Below the pieces are notes generated by a model. The model was given only the letters and a program-made list of their open reading frames with translations. It had not been told where the DNA came from and did not search any database. From a bacterium (GTDB taxonomy: Bacteria > UBA8248): a stretch of 64,000 nt of DNA. Below, piece after piece: positions 30,158 through 39,498 of the stretch. The stretch is taken from assembly GCA_965200245.1 (NCBI GenBank), contig CBDATS010000002.1, forward strand, positions 224,001 to 288,000, written 5' to 3'. Position 1 is the stretch's first letter. Every line of letters begins with the position of its first letter. Position numbers and translations under genes: made by a program.

Positions 30158-30378
30158 TTTTCTCCACCTTATAACGATATCGGGCAGCTTGAGCCCGCCT
30201 CATCAATTGACTTCGTCCCTGCGCGTTTTCTGTCCCGCATTGCAGGAGAGCAACTCTAGCTTCAAAGCGCGCGCGTTTCAAAGAGCATATCCGATTCGCA
30301 GCAAAATATGCTATAGATTCAAAGACCCCTGACAGCAAGCAGTCCTATTTTTCTGCTTGATGGGTGAAGGAGAGCTGT

Positions 30379-31476
30379 ATGGACGCGAAACATCCCCTTG
30401 CCACGCGCGAAGAGTTGGCAAATCTCGATTTCTTCACCGACCTCGCCGACCGCTACCTCGCCGTGGACGGTCTGGAAGCACGGTGGGTGAGTTTTTCGAA
30501 AAAAGAGATTCTTCCCGACCCGGAAACCACCAGGCGCATGCACTACCTGGTTTCCCTAGCACGCGCTGTCGAGGAAACGCTCGATTCCGCCTTTCGGGCG
30601 GGCCACATCCCCGGCACCGCCTTTTTCGGGCGGGGAAACGAGGGGGCGAGCGTCGCGAGCGCGATGTGCCTGGAAGATGATGAATGGCTCGTGCCCATGC
30701 ACAGAAACTGCGGCGCGCACCTCGCCAAGGGCCATCCGCCGCGCAGCATCATGTCGCATTTCTTCGGACGCGCCGACGGGCCCTCGGGCGGGCGTGACGG
30801 GAACTTTCACATGGGCTACCGTCCCAAGCGCATCACACAGCTCATCAGCCATATCGGCACCATGGTGCCCATCGCCACAGGGGTGGCCTGGGCGGCCAAG
30901 GCACGCGGCAAGGGCGAGGCCACCATCAACTATATCGGCGACGGTGGCACGAGTTCGGGCGATTTCCACGAGGCCGTGAACTTCGCCGCCGTGCGGAAGC
31001 TCCCTCTCGTCGTCATCATCGACAACAACCAGTACGCCTACAAGACGCTTCTGAGCGATCAATACGCCTGCGACACCCTGGTGTGCAAGGCACCCGGCTA
31101 CGGGATTCCTGGTTTTCTGATCGACGGCACAAACGCGCCCCTGATGCATCACGTCTGCAGCCAGGCGCTTGCGCGCGCGAGGACGGGCGACGGACCCACG
31201 CTCATCGAAAGCATTACCCTGCGCGCGGCCGGCCATTCGGTCTACGACAAGTTCGCCGACTACGTGGACATGGCACACTTCGAGAAATGGACCAACGAGC
31301 GTGATCCCCTCAAGCGGCTGGACGAGACGCTCGTCGAGTTCGGCCTCATGACGGCGGAAGAAGTCACCGCCTCTCACGCGCGAGCGAGAAAAGACGCCGA
31401 AGACGCGCGCGATGAAGCACTGAAAAGCCCGATGCCCGATCCCGTGCACCTGACCGAGGGAGTGTTCGCAGAATGA
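30379..31476 (+). CDS. TPP-dependent 2-oxoacid dehydrogenase E1 alpha
   Basis: G.EG, GRDGNFH, GDGGTS.GDFHEAVN, NNQYA, GPTLIE...R..GHS..D. Confidence 0.9.
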   Translation: MDAKHPLATREELANLDFFTDLADRYLAVDGLEARWVSFSKKEILPDPETTRRMHYLVSLARAVEETLDSAFRAGHIPGTAFFGRGNEGASVASAMCLEDDEWLVPMHRNCGAHLAKGHPPRSIMSHFFGRADGPSGGRDGNFHMGYRPKRITQLISHIGTMVPIATGVAWAAKARGKGEATINYIGDGGTSSGDFHEAVNFAAVRKLPLVVIIDNNQYAYKTLLSDQYACDTLVCKAPGYGIPGFLIDGTNAPLMHHVCSQALARARTGDGPTLIESITLRAAGHSVYDKFADYVDMAHFEKWTNERDPLKRLDETLVEFGLMTAEEVTASHARARKDAEDARDEALKSPMPDPVHLTEGVFAE

Positions 31477-32465
31477 TTACCTACCGCGAAGCCCTCAGCG
31501 AGGCCCTCTGGGAGGAAATGGAACGGGATGAGGACGTGTTTCTCCTGGGAGAAGACATCGGTCTGGGCGGCGGGGCCTTCTACATCACAAAAGGGTTTAT
31601 GGAAAGGTTCGGGCGCGACCGTGTGGTGGACGTTCCCCTGAGCGAGGCGGGCTTCACGGGCGCGGCCATTGGTGCCGCACTTTGCGGAATGCGGCCCGTG
31701 GTGGAGTTTCAGTTCGCCGATTTCGTCACGGAATCCTACAAGATGATCGTGGATTTCGCCGCCGGGAACCACTACAGACAAATGGGGCCGGTACCTGTCG
31801 TCCTGCGTCTTCCGGCGGCCGCTCTCGTGAGCGCGGGCCCGTTTCACAGCCAGAACCCCGAAATCTGGTTCTTCGGAACGCCGGGCCTCAAGATCGTAGC
31901 CCCCACCACCGCCCACGACGCCAAGGGCATGCTCAAGGGAGCGATAAGGGACCCCAACCCCGTCATCTTCATGGAATACAAGAAATTCTACAACTACCCG
32001 GTTGACGAGTTGCCCGAGGTGCTGAGACCCGAAATTCCCGAGGACGACTACACCGTGCCCTTCGGACAAGCGAGAACCCTGCGCGAGGGGGACGACGTAT
32101 CGCTCATTACCTTCGGCACCACCGTGCTTGAAGCCCTCGAGGCGGCGGAGGTGCTTGAGGGTGACGGGGTCTCGGTCGAGGTCATCGACCTCAGAACCCT
32201 GGTTCCGCTCGATAAAGAGGCCATCCTCGAAAGCGTAAGGAAAACGGGAAAGATTCTCTTCCTGCACGAGGCGAGAAAGCGGGGCGGCGTGGGCGGCGAA
32301 CTGGCCGCCATCGTGAGCGAGGAGGTCTTCGAGTATCTCGACGCCCCCGTCCGAAGGGTCGGTGCACCGGACGTCCACGTTCCGCTCAGCCCTCCGCTCG
32401 AGCGCGCCTATCTGCCGAGCACCGTGAAGGTGGTGGGCGAACTGCGTGATCTCGCCGCGTTCTAG
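31473..32465 (+). CDS. 2-oxoacid dehydrogenase E1 beta
   Basis: YREAL..AL.EEM, GEDIG, PLSE.G..G.AIG, EFQFADF, HSQ.PE, DLRTL.PLD. Confidence 0.93.
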   Translation: MITYREALSEALWEEMERDEDVFLLGEDIGLGGGAFYITKGFMERFGRDRVVDVPLSEAGFTGAAIGAALCGMRPVVEFQFADFVTESYKMIVDFAAGNHYRQMGPVPVVLRLPAAALVSAGPFHSQNPEIWFFGTPGLKIVAPTTAHDAKGMLKGAIRDPNPVIFMEYKKFYNYPVDELPEVLRPEIPEDDYTVPFGQARTLREGDDVSLITFGTTVLEALEAAEVLEGDGVSVEVIDLRTLVPLDKEAILESVRKTGKILFLHEARKRGGVGGELAAIVSEEVFEYLDAPVRRVGAPDVHVPLSPPLERAYLPSTVKVVGELRDLAAF

Positions 32466-32546
32466 GCATCGCTTCATCTGGCGCAATTTCAGGTTTTCGA
32501 GTAAAACGGATTTTCCATCTACTTCATCACATGTAAGGAAATATGC

Positions 32547-33821
32547 ATGTACACCGCGCGCATCCGAATGCCCCGCATGGGAACCAGTGTACACGAGAGC
32601 ACGGTGATCGAATGGAAGAAAGCGGTGGGCGACAAGGTGGCAAAGGGCGAGGCCCTTCTCTCTGCGGAGAGCGACAAGGTGGAATTCGAAGTCGAAGCTC
32701 CCGCGGACGGCCTGCTGACAGAGATCCTCGCGCAAGAGGATGAGACTGTGTCCGTGGGCGAAGTACTGGCGACCATGGAGACCGAAATCGAGGTTGCCGA
32801 AGAAACGCCCGAGACCGATTCGGGCGCGGGCGCCTGGGCGGCTCCCGTCGCGCCGCTACAACCGAGAGAAAAACCCGTCATCCCGGCAGCAAGGGTGGAA
32901 AAGACGCCGCGCCACTCGACCGCGATGAAAACCTGGCTCTCTCCGCGCGTCCAGAAACTCGCCGCCGAGCACGGAATCGGGCGGTACGTGCTCGAGGGAA
33001 TCAGGGGCACGGGAACGGGCGGAAGAATCAGCGCACGCGACGTGGAGGCTTTTGTCGCAGGCGGCGGTGTGCCACCCAGGCTCAGGATGTCATGGGAACC
33101 GCTCAGTGCAGGTCAACAGGAGCGCGTCGAGCCACTCGGCAGGGTCAGGAAGCGAATCGCCGAGAACCTCACACGTTCGGTTCAGGAAATTCCCCAGGTT
33201 ACCAGTTGGCTGGAAGTCGACATGAGCGGGGTTTCAGCCTTTCGGGATGCGAACAAAAATGCCTTCCGCGAGAAACACGGCGTACACCTCACCTACACGC
33301 CTTTTTTCATCATGGCCATCGTCCACGCCCTGCGAAGCGAAGAAAACGAAAGATTCAACGCCACTTTCCAGGATGACGCCGTCACCATCAGACGCTATCT
33401 CAACCTGGGCGTCGCCGTTGACTCCCCAGGCGGTCTGGTGGTGCCGGTACTCCATTCGACGGACACCATGAACCTGGTGGAGCTTTCCCTTCGGCTGGAC
33501 GAACTGGCCGCCAGGGCCCGCCAGGGCGCACTGACGCCGGAAGACGTGCAGGACGGCACGCTCACCCTCACGAATTTCGGTGCCTCCGGCGCGCTGGGCG
33601 GAAACCCCATCATCAACCCGCCCGAGGTGGCCATCATCGGCACGGGGGCTATCGCGCCGCGCCCTGTGGCCTTTCCCGGCGGTTCGGTTTCCGTGCGGCC
33701 CGCCATGATTCTGGCGATCACCTTCGACCATCGCGTGAACGACGGCATGGCGGCGGGCCGTTTCGTCTCAGATGTCCGCAACGCGCTCGAGAACATGGAC
33801 TTTTCCCTTTTGGAATACTAG
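32547..33821 (+). CDS. dihydrolipoamide acyltransferase E2
   Basis: Lipoyl ESDKV, SPRV.KLA, GTG.GGRI, PIINPPEVAI, TFDHRV.DG. Confidence 0.93.
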   Translation: MYTARIRMPRMGTSVHESTVIEWKKAVGDKVAKGEALLSAESDKVEFEVEAPADGLLTEILAQEDETVSVGEVLATMETEIEVAEETPETDSGAGAWAAPVAPLQPREKPVIPAARVEKTPRHSTAMKTWLSPRVQKLAAEHGIGRYVLEGIRGTGTGGRISARDVEAFVAGGGVPPRLRMSWEPLSAGQQERVEPLGRVRKRIAENLTRSVQEIPQVTSWLEVDMSGVSAFRDANKNAFREKHGVHLTYTPFFIMAIVHALRSEENERFNATFQDDAVTIRRYLNLGVAVDSPGGLVVPVLHSTDTMNLVELSLRLDELAARARQGALTPEDVQDGTLTLTNFGASGALGGNPIINPPEVAIIGTGAIAPRPVAFPGGSVSVRPAMILAITFDHRVNDGMAAGRFVSDVRNALENMDFSLLEY

Positions 33822-33885
33822 ATTCCGACATTTTCGTTCCTTTGCTTCCGACATGAAACCAAGACAACAAGGAGCAAGAAATCCC

Positions 33886-34800
33886 ATGGCCAGACCAGAC
33901 ATCGACACCCCCTTGCGCTCCATGCTCTTTATCCCTGGTTCGAGCGAGAAGATGGTGGGCAAAGGACCCACCATCGAGGCGGACGCCGCCCTGTTTGACC
34001 TGGAAGACTCCGTCGCCCTCCAGATGAAGGAAAAGGCGCGCGAACTCGTCCGTGCAGGTATCGCGGAGACCAGCGGTGCGCCCGACGGCCCCTCCACCAT
34101 CCTCGTGCGCGTGAACGACGTGGAATCGGGCATGCTCGGGGAAGATATCGACGCCATCATGACCGAAGGACTCGACGGCATCTTTCTCCCCAAGCCCGAA
34201 AGCGCTGCGGACGTTCGGACGGCGGACGCGCTGTTGACAAAATACGAGCGCGAGCGCGGCCTCGAAGAAGGCGGGGTCGGCATCATCGCCCAGATCGAGA
34301 GCGCCTCGGGCGTGGTACATTGCTACGATATCTGCAAGGCAGCGGACCGGATGGTGGGCGTCAATCTCGGGAGCGCCGAGGATGCGGACCTTTGCCGCAG
34401 CCTGGGGGCCACCTGGACCGAAGACGGCACGACACTCCTCTACACGCGCAGCAAGGTGCTCGTCGAGGCGCGGGCAGCGCGACTGCCCCACCCCACCGAC
34501 GGCGTCTACATGCGCCTGCAGGACGACGAAGGCTGCCGGGCGGACGCGGAATTCGCCAAAAAACTCGGCTACACCGGCAAGGCGGCCATCCACCCGAGGC
34601 AGGTGCCGATTTTCAACGACGTCTACTCGCCGAGTGAGGAAGAAGTCACCTACTACACCGAGATGGCCGAAGCCTACCGCGAGGGCGAGGCGCAAGGACT
34701 GGGCGCGGTCTCCTTCCAGGGGAAGATGATCGACATCGCCATGATCAAGCATGCGGAAAACGTGCTCGCCCGCGCACGCGCCATCGCCGAAAGAACGTAG
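33886..34800 (+). CDS. CoA ester lyase (CitE/malyl-CoA lyase family)
   Basis: RSMLFIPG, DLEDSV, VRVN, LPK.ES, IES..G, GK.AIHP.Q, GKMID. Confidence 0.9.
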   Translation: MARPDIDTPLRSMLFIPGSSEKMVGKGPTIEADAALFDLEDSVALQMKEKARELVRAGIAETSGAPDGPSTILVRVNDVESGMLGEDIDAIMTEGLDGIFLPKPESAADVRTADALLTKYERERGLEEGGVGIIAQIESASGVVHCYDICKAADRMVGVNLGSAEDADLCRSLGATWTEDGTTLLYTRSKVLVEARAARLPHPTDGVYMRLQDDEGCRADAEFAKKLGYTGKAAIHPRQVPIFNDVYSPSEEEVTYYTEMAEAYREGEAQGLGAVSFQGKMIDIAMIKHAENVLARARAIAERT

Positions 34801-34809
34801 GCGAAGCAG

Positions 34810-35790
34810 ATGGCGAATATTCCCGACCCGGTTGAGCATTTCTTCGCGCAGCCCTGGTCCGACGGCCTGCCCGTCGTCGTTCCAACCGAAGAACGCCTGG
34901 CCAAAATGCTTGCGAATCATACGCCCGATGCGCTCATCGGCCATGTGCCGCCCGCGAACCATCCCGCGACGGTGGAGGCCGTCGCGCTCCACGCCGTCAT
35001 GGCAGGTTGCAAGCCCGAATACTTTCCGCCGCTTCTGTGCGCGCTCTCATGCATCCTGGACAAACGCTTCAACATGAACGGCATCCAGGCCACGATGAAT
35101 CCGGCTGGCCTCCTTCTCGTGATGAACGGCCCCTACCCCCGCGAGATTGACGTGCACGGCGGCACAGGCTGCCTGGGGCCGGGTTTTCGGGCGAACGCGA
35201 CCATCGGACGCGCACTGAGGCTCATGCTCCTGAACCTGGGCGGGGGGATTCCCGGCGTGGTGGACATGAGCACCTTCGGCAGCCCCAGCAAGTTCGCCTA
35301 TTGCCTTCGCGAAAACGAAGAGACAAGCCCCTGGCCCTCACTGGCCGAAGAACGGGGCTTCGGGAAAGAAGAGAATGTCGTCACCGCATGCGCGGGAGAA
35401 GGTCCTCGCATCGCACTCGATGATTCGAGCGATCATCCAGACGGCGTGCTCACCACGATTGCGAGCACCATCGCCACCATGGGCACGCGTCACGCCTATT
35501 CGCGCGTGGGCCTCACTGTCATCATGGGGCCCGAACATGCACGGCTTCTCGCAGGGCATGGATACAGCCGGGCTGATACAAAAAAGGGCATCACTGAACG
35601 CGCCCGCCTGCCCGTGGGACTACTCAAGCGCGGCGGTCGATACCGGGGGAAGGAGAAAAGCGAATGGCCCGCGTGGGTGGATCACGACGACGATGAATGC
35701 ATGGCCCCCATGATCAGGGAACCCGAGAACATCACCCTCCTGGTAGCCGGCGGCCTGCCCGGCCCCTCTTCATTTGTCATCCCCGGCTGA
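34810..35790 (+). CDS. conserved hypothetical protein (DGLPV.P..MAGC family), possibly truncated at TGA
   Basis: WSDGLPVVVPT, VMAGCKPEY, GPGFRANATIGRALRL, ENEE.SPW; frame stays open 14 codons past TGA to TAG at 35835. Confidence 0.75.
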   Translation: MANIPDPVEHFFAQPWSDGLPVVVPTEERLAKMLANHTPDALIGHVPPANHPATVEAVALHAVMAGCKPEYFPPLLCALSCILDKRFNMNGIQATMNPAGLLLVMNGPYPREIDVHGGTGCLGPGFRANATIGRALRLMLLNLGGGIPGVVDMSTFGSPSKFAYCLRENEETSPWPSLAEERGFGKEENVVTACAGEGPRIALDDSSDHPDGVLTTIASTIATMGTRHAYSRVGLTVIMGPEHARLLAGHGYSRADTKKGITERARLPVGLLKRGGRYRGKEKSEWPAWVDHDDDECMAPMIREPENITLLVAGGLPGPSSFVIPG

Positions 35791-35867
35791 AACGAGACCA
35801 GTCGACCCGTCTCCAGGACGTTCGCCGTGGAGTAGCCGCGAAGCGCACCCACGCGCCGCACCGGTCC

Positions 35868-37406
35868 CTAACACCCGTAGGCCTTGCCCTCTTGGGGGGC
35901 GAGCTGCTTCCAGGCCATCGCAAGTTCGACCAGAATCCGCACACCAACGCCCGTGCCGCCCTCGGGGCGGTAGGCTTCGGCCTTCGCGGTATGGGAGGGC
36001 CCCGCGATGTCCAGGTGCACCCAGGGTGTCTCGTCGACGAAATGCTGCAGGAACGCCGCGGCGGTGTTCGCTCCGCCCCAACGGCCACTCGATATATTGC
36101 ACATATCGGCTATCTTGCCCTTCATCGCCTCGCTGTATTCCGGAAACAGCGGCATGTGCCAGACGCGGTCGCCCGTTCGCTCTCCCAGGTCCCGCACGCG
36201 TCCCAGCAACTCATCATGCGTCCCGTACATACCCGTCACCTTCTGGCCGAGTGCCACCATGCACGCGCCCGTCAAGGTGGCGAGATCGATCATGCACTGG
36301 GGCTTGTATTTCTCGCGCGTGTAGTGGAGTGCGTCGGCCAGGACGAGCCTGCCCTCGGCATCGGTGTTGTGGATTTCCACCGTCGTTCCCTTCATCGAAC
36401 GCACGATGTCGCCAGGTCTCGTGGCGTCGCCGTCCACCATGTTCTCGACAAGACCTGCGACACCAACGACTGGCGTGCGGGGCTTTGCGCGCGCGATTGC
36501 GAGCATCGCACCCAGTACGGCGGCGGCCCCGCTCATGTCGGTCGTCATTTGCTCAAGGCCGCCGCTCGGCTTGATGGATATGCCGCCGGTATCGAACGTC
36601 ACCCCTTTACCGACCAAGGCAATGGGTTTCGTACGTACGTTCCGGGGATTGTATTCCAGAATCACCATGCGCGAAGGCGCGCTGCTGCCCCGGCCTACGG
36701 AGAGAAGCGCGCCCATCTTCTGTCGCTCCATCCGCTTCTCGTCCAACACGCGGCACCGCAGGCCCTCGCGCTGTGCCATGGCGCGCGCCATATCGGCCAG
36801 CACAGGCGGACGCTTCTCGTTGCTGGGCGTGTTGATGAGGTCGCGCGCGTAATTCGTCCCGTCGCAAAGAGCCCGCCCGAAGCGCACGCCGCTTCGCATG
36901 GCACTCAGATTCCTGTTCGGCCCCCCGCAGAGAACGGCGCTCGTCACTTCGCCCCTGTCCTCCTCGGCACCTGTCTTGTACCTGTCCATCCGGTAGAGAC
37001 CGAGTCCCACACCTTCCACGACGGCCTGTGCCGCCCCGCGCGCGTCGAGTTCCCTGTCCACGAGAGAAGAGGCCGAGACGGCGATGCTTTTCAGACTTTC
37101 CGAGCGGGCGCGTTTCGCCGCCATCGCGGACGCGCGGCGAACAGACTCAGGCGACGCCTCATCGCCCATTCCTGCGAGAATCGCGAACCCGGGCCCGTCT
37201 CCTTCGGGCATGGGCAAGACGGAGACCTGCCCTTCCTTGCCCTCGAACACCTTACGATCACGCAAGGAAGCCAGCGCGCTGCCCAGAACATCTTCGAGTT
37301 GCTCGTCTTTCTCGTCTTTCCTCATAAGGCGAACCAGGGCGTCCTTCCCCTGGTCGAACCCTGCACCGCCCGCAACGGAGAACCGCATGACCATCGCCTC
37401 ATCCAA
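35868..37406 (-). CDS. pepA: leucyl aminopeptidase (M17)
   Basis: VGKGVTFDTGG.SIK, DMSGAA, NTDAEGRLVLAD, DLATLTGA, WVHLDIAG. Confidence 0.95.
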   Translation of the reverse strand: MDEAMVMRFSVAGGAGFDQGKDALVRLMRKDEKDEQLEDVLGSALASLRDRKVFEGKEGQVSVLPMPEGDGPGFAILAGMGDEASPESVRRASAMAAKRARSESLKSIAVSASSLVDRELDARGAAQAVVEGVGLGLYRMDRYKTGAEEDRGEVTSAVLCGGPNRNLSAMRSGVRFGRALCDGTNYARDLINTPSNEKRPPVLADMARAMAQREGLRCRVLDEKRMERQKMGALLSVGRGSSAPSRMVILEYNPRNVRTKPIALVGKGVTFDTGGISIKPSGGLEQMTTDMSGAAAVLGAMLAIARAKPRTPVVGVAGLVENMVDGDATRPGDIVRSMKGTTVEIHNTDAEGRLVLADALHYTREKYKPQCMIDLATLTGACMVALGQKVTGMYGTHDELLGRVRDLGERTGDRVWHMPLFPEYSEAMKGKIADMCNISSGRWGGANTAAAFLQHFVDETPWVHLDIAGPSHTAKAEAYRPEGGTGVGVRILVELAMAWKQLAPQEGKAYGC

Positions 37407-37637
37407 AAACGCAAAACATGAAAGTGAAAGGGCTCCAGTCTAACCCAGAGCGGCAGGCTCGGCTATGCGAACCGGACTCACCCGGCTTTTTTCCCGCGCG
37501 AATGAGCACACCGATTGCCTAATCCCTCCCCCCGCCCCTAGAATGATCCCACATCGTTCGCAAAAAAACGGGCGGGCCGTACCCGTCGAGGTTTCCCGCT
37601 CTCAAATGGTTATTTTCACTCACACCTGGGAGACGCC

Positions 37638-38075
37638 ATGAGTTTCTACAACTGGGACATGCTGCCCCTGAGCCACGATCGCCCCGGCGTCGCGCACAGA
37701 AGGATTTTCGGCGACAACATCCAGATGCAGCACCTGATCACCGAGCCCGGCGGGACGCCCTCCAAACTGCACAGCCATCCCGATCACGAGGAGTTCTTCT
37801 ACATCCAAGCGGGCGAGTGGGAGTTCACGCTCGAAGACGAGGTACGGCGCGTGGGACCCGGGGACGTAGTGCACGTCCGGGCGGGCGCGATGCATACGTT
37901 GAAACTCGTGAGCGATGAGCCGGGAATGGCGCTCGAGGTGTTCTACCCGATGTGGAACCCCGAACTCGCGGGGAGCATGAAGGATTTCACGATAGACGCC
38001 ATCAAGGGCCGCATGGAGTTCGCGGAGGAACCGGACGAAATGAACCGGGGCCGCCCGCCCGGACGAACGGAATGA
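37638..38075 (+). CDS. cupin domain protein
   Basis: LHSHPDHEEFFY..G, GPGDVV.V.AG..H. Confidence 0.85.
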   Translation: MSFYNWDMLPLSHDRPGVAHRRIFGDNIQMQHLITEPGGTPSKLHSHPDHEEFFYIQAGEWEFTLEDEVRRVGPGDVVHVRAGAMHTLKLVSDEPGMALEVFYPMWNPELAGSMKDFTIDAIKGRMEFAEEPDEMNRGRPPGRTE

Positions 38076-38079
38076 TGGA

Positions 38080-38148
38080 GAGAAACCAGGGGCGGCAAGG
38101 TTTTTTGCCGCGGGTGAATTTGCCGGAATTTTCCCCGGTGAACACAAA
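38080..38148 (+). repeat. 69-bp direct repeat, copy 1
   Basis: Ungapped match to 39058-39126; core 38098-38148 has 44/51 identities. Confidence 0.8.
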
Positions 38149-38186
38149 CAGACAGGCGGTGCCTCCCGACACCGCCTGTCTGTTTT
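38146..38186. terminator. intrinsic terminator-like hairpin
   Basis: 16-bp perfect stem aaacagacaggcggtg / caccgcctgtctgttt with 8-nt loop, between convergent genes. Confidence 0.75.
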
Positions 38187-38231
38187 CTGATTCCCCTTGA
38201 TGTTCCGTCTCAGGTAACACCAAGGGTTTGC

Positions 38232-38327
38232 TTACGGCTTCTTGAGAACCCTCTTTCGGGAGCGAGGCGTCTTCATGACCCTCAGGAGAGATGTTTCAAG
38301 GGCGGTTACTATCAAGTTTCTTGCCAT
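38232..38327 (-). CDS. 31-aa basic small protein
   Basis: MARNLIVTALETSLLRVMKTPRSRKRVLKKP; RBS GAGGAGG; own promoter and terminator. Confidence 0.55.
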   Translation of the reverse strand: MARNLIVTALETSLLRVMKTPRSRKRVLKKP

Positions 38328-38368
38328 GACAGCCCTCCTCTTACGACTTTCTAACCCGTACCCAACGT

Positions 38369-38397
38369 AATATATCGAAAGGCAGTATCCGTGTCAA
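38369..38397 (-). promoter_or_regulatory. sigma70-type promoter
   Basis: TTGACA-N17-TATATT on the minus strand. Confidence 0.7.
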
Positions 38398-38412
38398 GTA
38401 TTTGGGGGGGGT

Positions 38413-38530
38413 CTACATACTTAATTCCACAAGTCCTATTCCCTGAATTCTGGCAAAACGGCTACTTCGGCCGCCGGTTTCCCGGGAAATCGGGGAACAT
38501 GCGGACGGGCTTCCGGGAGGAGCCTGTTCC
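38413..38530 (+). promoter_or_regulatory. conserved non-coding element upstream of NHLP precursor 2
   Basis: Homologous to 19332-19449. Confidence 0.7.
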
Positions 38531-38591
38531 CCAACAGAAAAACGAAACAGGATATCAAACCATACTCGTTACTCCAGGACAGGAGACCCAA

Positions 38592-38855
38592 GTGAAATCT
38601 CTTTCCGGGATGCGCGAGCACCTGATCGGGAAGGCAGGCGACAGTGAGGAGTTCCGTGCCCGTCTTATCTCCGAACCGAGGGCCGTGGTATCCGGGGAGT
38701 TCGGAATCGCGGTGCCGGAGACTTTCAACCTGCATGTGATGGAAGACGACGCCGAGAACAGCTATCTCGTCCTTCCGCCTTCGGCCCGGCTCACTGAGGA
38801 AGAACTGGAATCCGTTCACGGTAGCTATGGTTTCGAAGATCCCGGCAGGTGGTAG
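38592..38855 (+). CDS. NHLP RiPP precursor, predicted core (S)YGFEDPGRW
   Basis: GTG after AGGAG; KAGDSEEFRARLISEPR, VP....HV.EDD....LVLPP..RLTEEELESVHGS. Confidence 0.85.
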   Translation: MKSLSGMREHLIGKAGDSEEFRARLISEPRAVVSGEFGIAVPETFNLHVMEDDAENSYLVLPPSARLTEEELESVHGSYGFEDPGRW

Positions 38856-38856
38856 T

Positions 38857-38937
38857 ATGCCACTCGCTTCTCAGCGGCTGGAAAGCACCCGCGGCAGCTA
38901 TGGTTGGCAGCTATGGTTTCAACGATGGTCATATTAG
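38857..38937 (+). CDS. 26-aa mini-ORF: truncated leader end + alternative core
   Basis: ATG 1 nt after precursor stop; MPLASQRLESTRGS-YGWQLWFQRWSY; contains 13-bp tandem duplication GGCAGCTATGGTT (38893-38918). Confidence 0.35.
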   Translation: MPLASQRLESTRGSYGWQLWFQRWSY

Positions 38938-39057
38938 AACATAAAGGAAATCACAGAGGAGGGGGTTTTCTCGTAGATGGAGATGACGGACGAGGGGCAG
39001 CTGGCGATGCTGGTCTAACAGGTGCTTCATTGTGTCTTTTTCTGTCTATGTTTTCAG

Positions 39058-39126
39058 GAGAAATCAGAGACAACGAGGCTTTTTGCCGCAGGTGGATTTC
39101 CCGGGATTTTCTCCGGCGAACACAAA
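39058..39126 (+). repeat. 69-bp direct repeat, copy 2
   Basis: Matches 38080-38148 at offset 978. Confidence 0.8.
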
Positions 39127-39141
39127 AAAACAGGGATTTGA

Positions 39142-39495
39142 TCAAGCAAAATTTGTTTCACCTTTGAAACTTGTACGAAGTTTAAGTGTCACCGGTTCAC
39201 TTTCTCTATGAATATTCTTGGCCGTGACCTCTACCGCATATTCAGTATCCGGTTTCAAGTTCACAAAACTGCATTCAGTGATGGGTGTTTCAACTCCAAC
39301 GAGCCAATCAACCGCACCCACCTCTTTTATACGAATAATGTACGTAATTGGCGGAGTCCACTGCACTTCTATCCCATTTGATATTTTTGGGATATCTTTT
39401 ATTTTGGTCAACTTTATGTGGAAAGTTTTTGTCTGTGAATTCCATGAAACGGGAGGCTGATTCTGCTTTACGGTTGACCAGGGATTCTCATTCAT
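39142..39495 (-). CDS. fibronectin type III domain protein
   Basis: VQWTPP..Y.I, NLKPDTEY.VEVTAKN...SEP; low-GC gene. Confidence 0.7.
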   Translation of the reverse strand: MNENPWSTVKQNQPPVSWNSQTKTFHIKLTKIKDIPKISNGIEVQWTPPITYIIRIKEVGAVDWLVGVETPITECSFVNLKPDTEYAVEVTAKNIHRESEPVTLKLRTSFKGETNFA

Positions 39496-39498
39496 TTT

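Noticed and set aside
38451-38466. sigma54 promoter in the NHLP upstream element
   Set aside because: TGGCA is present but the -12 GC is not at the required spacing, and copy 1 lacks TGGCA
38080-39126. Integron attC sites
   Set aside because: The repeats lack RYYYAAC/GTTRRRY ends and full-length dyad symmetry; no IntI present
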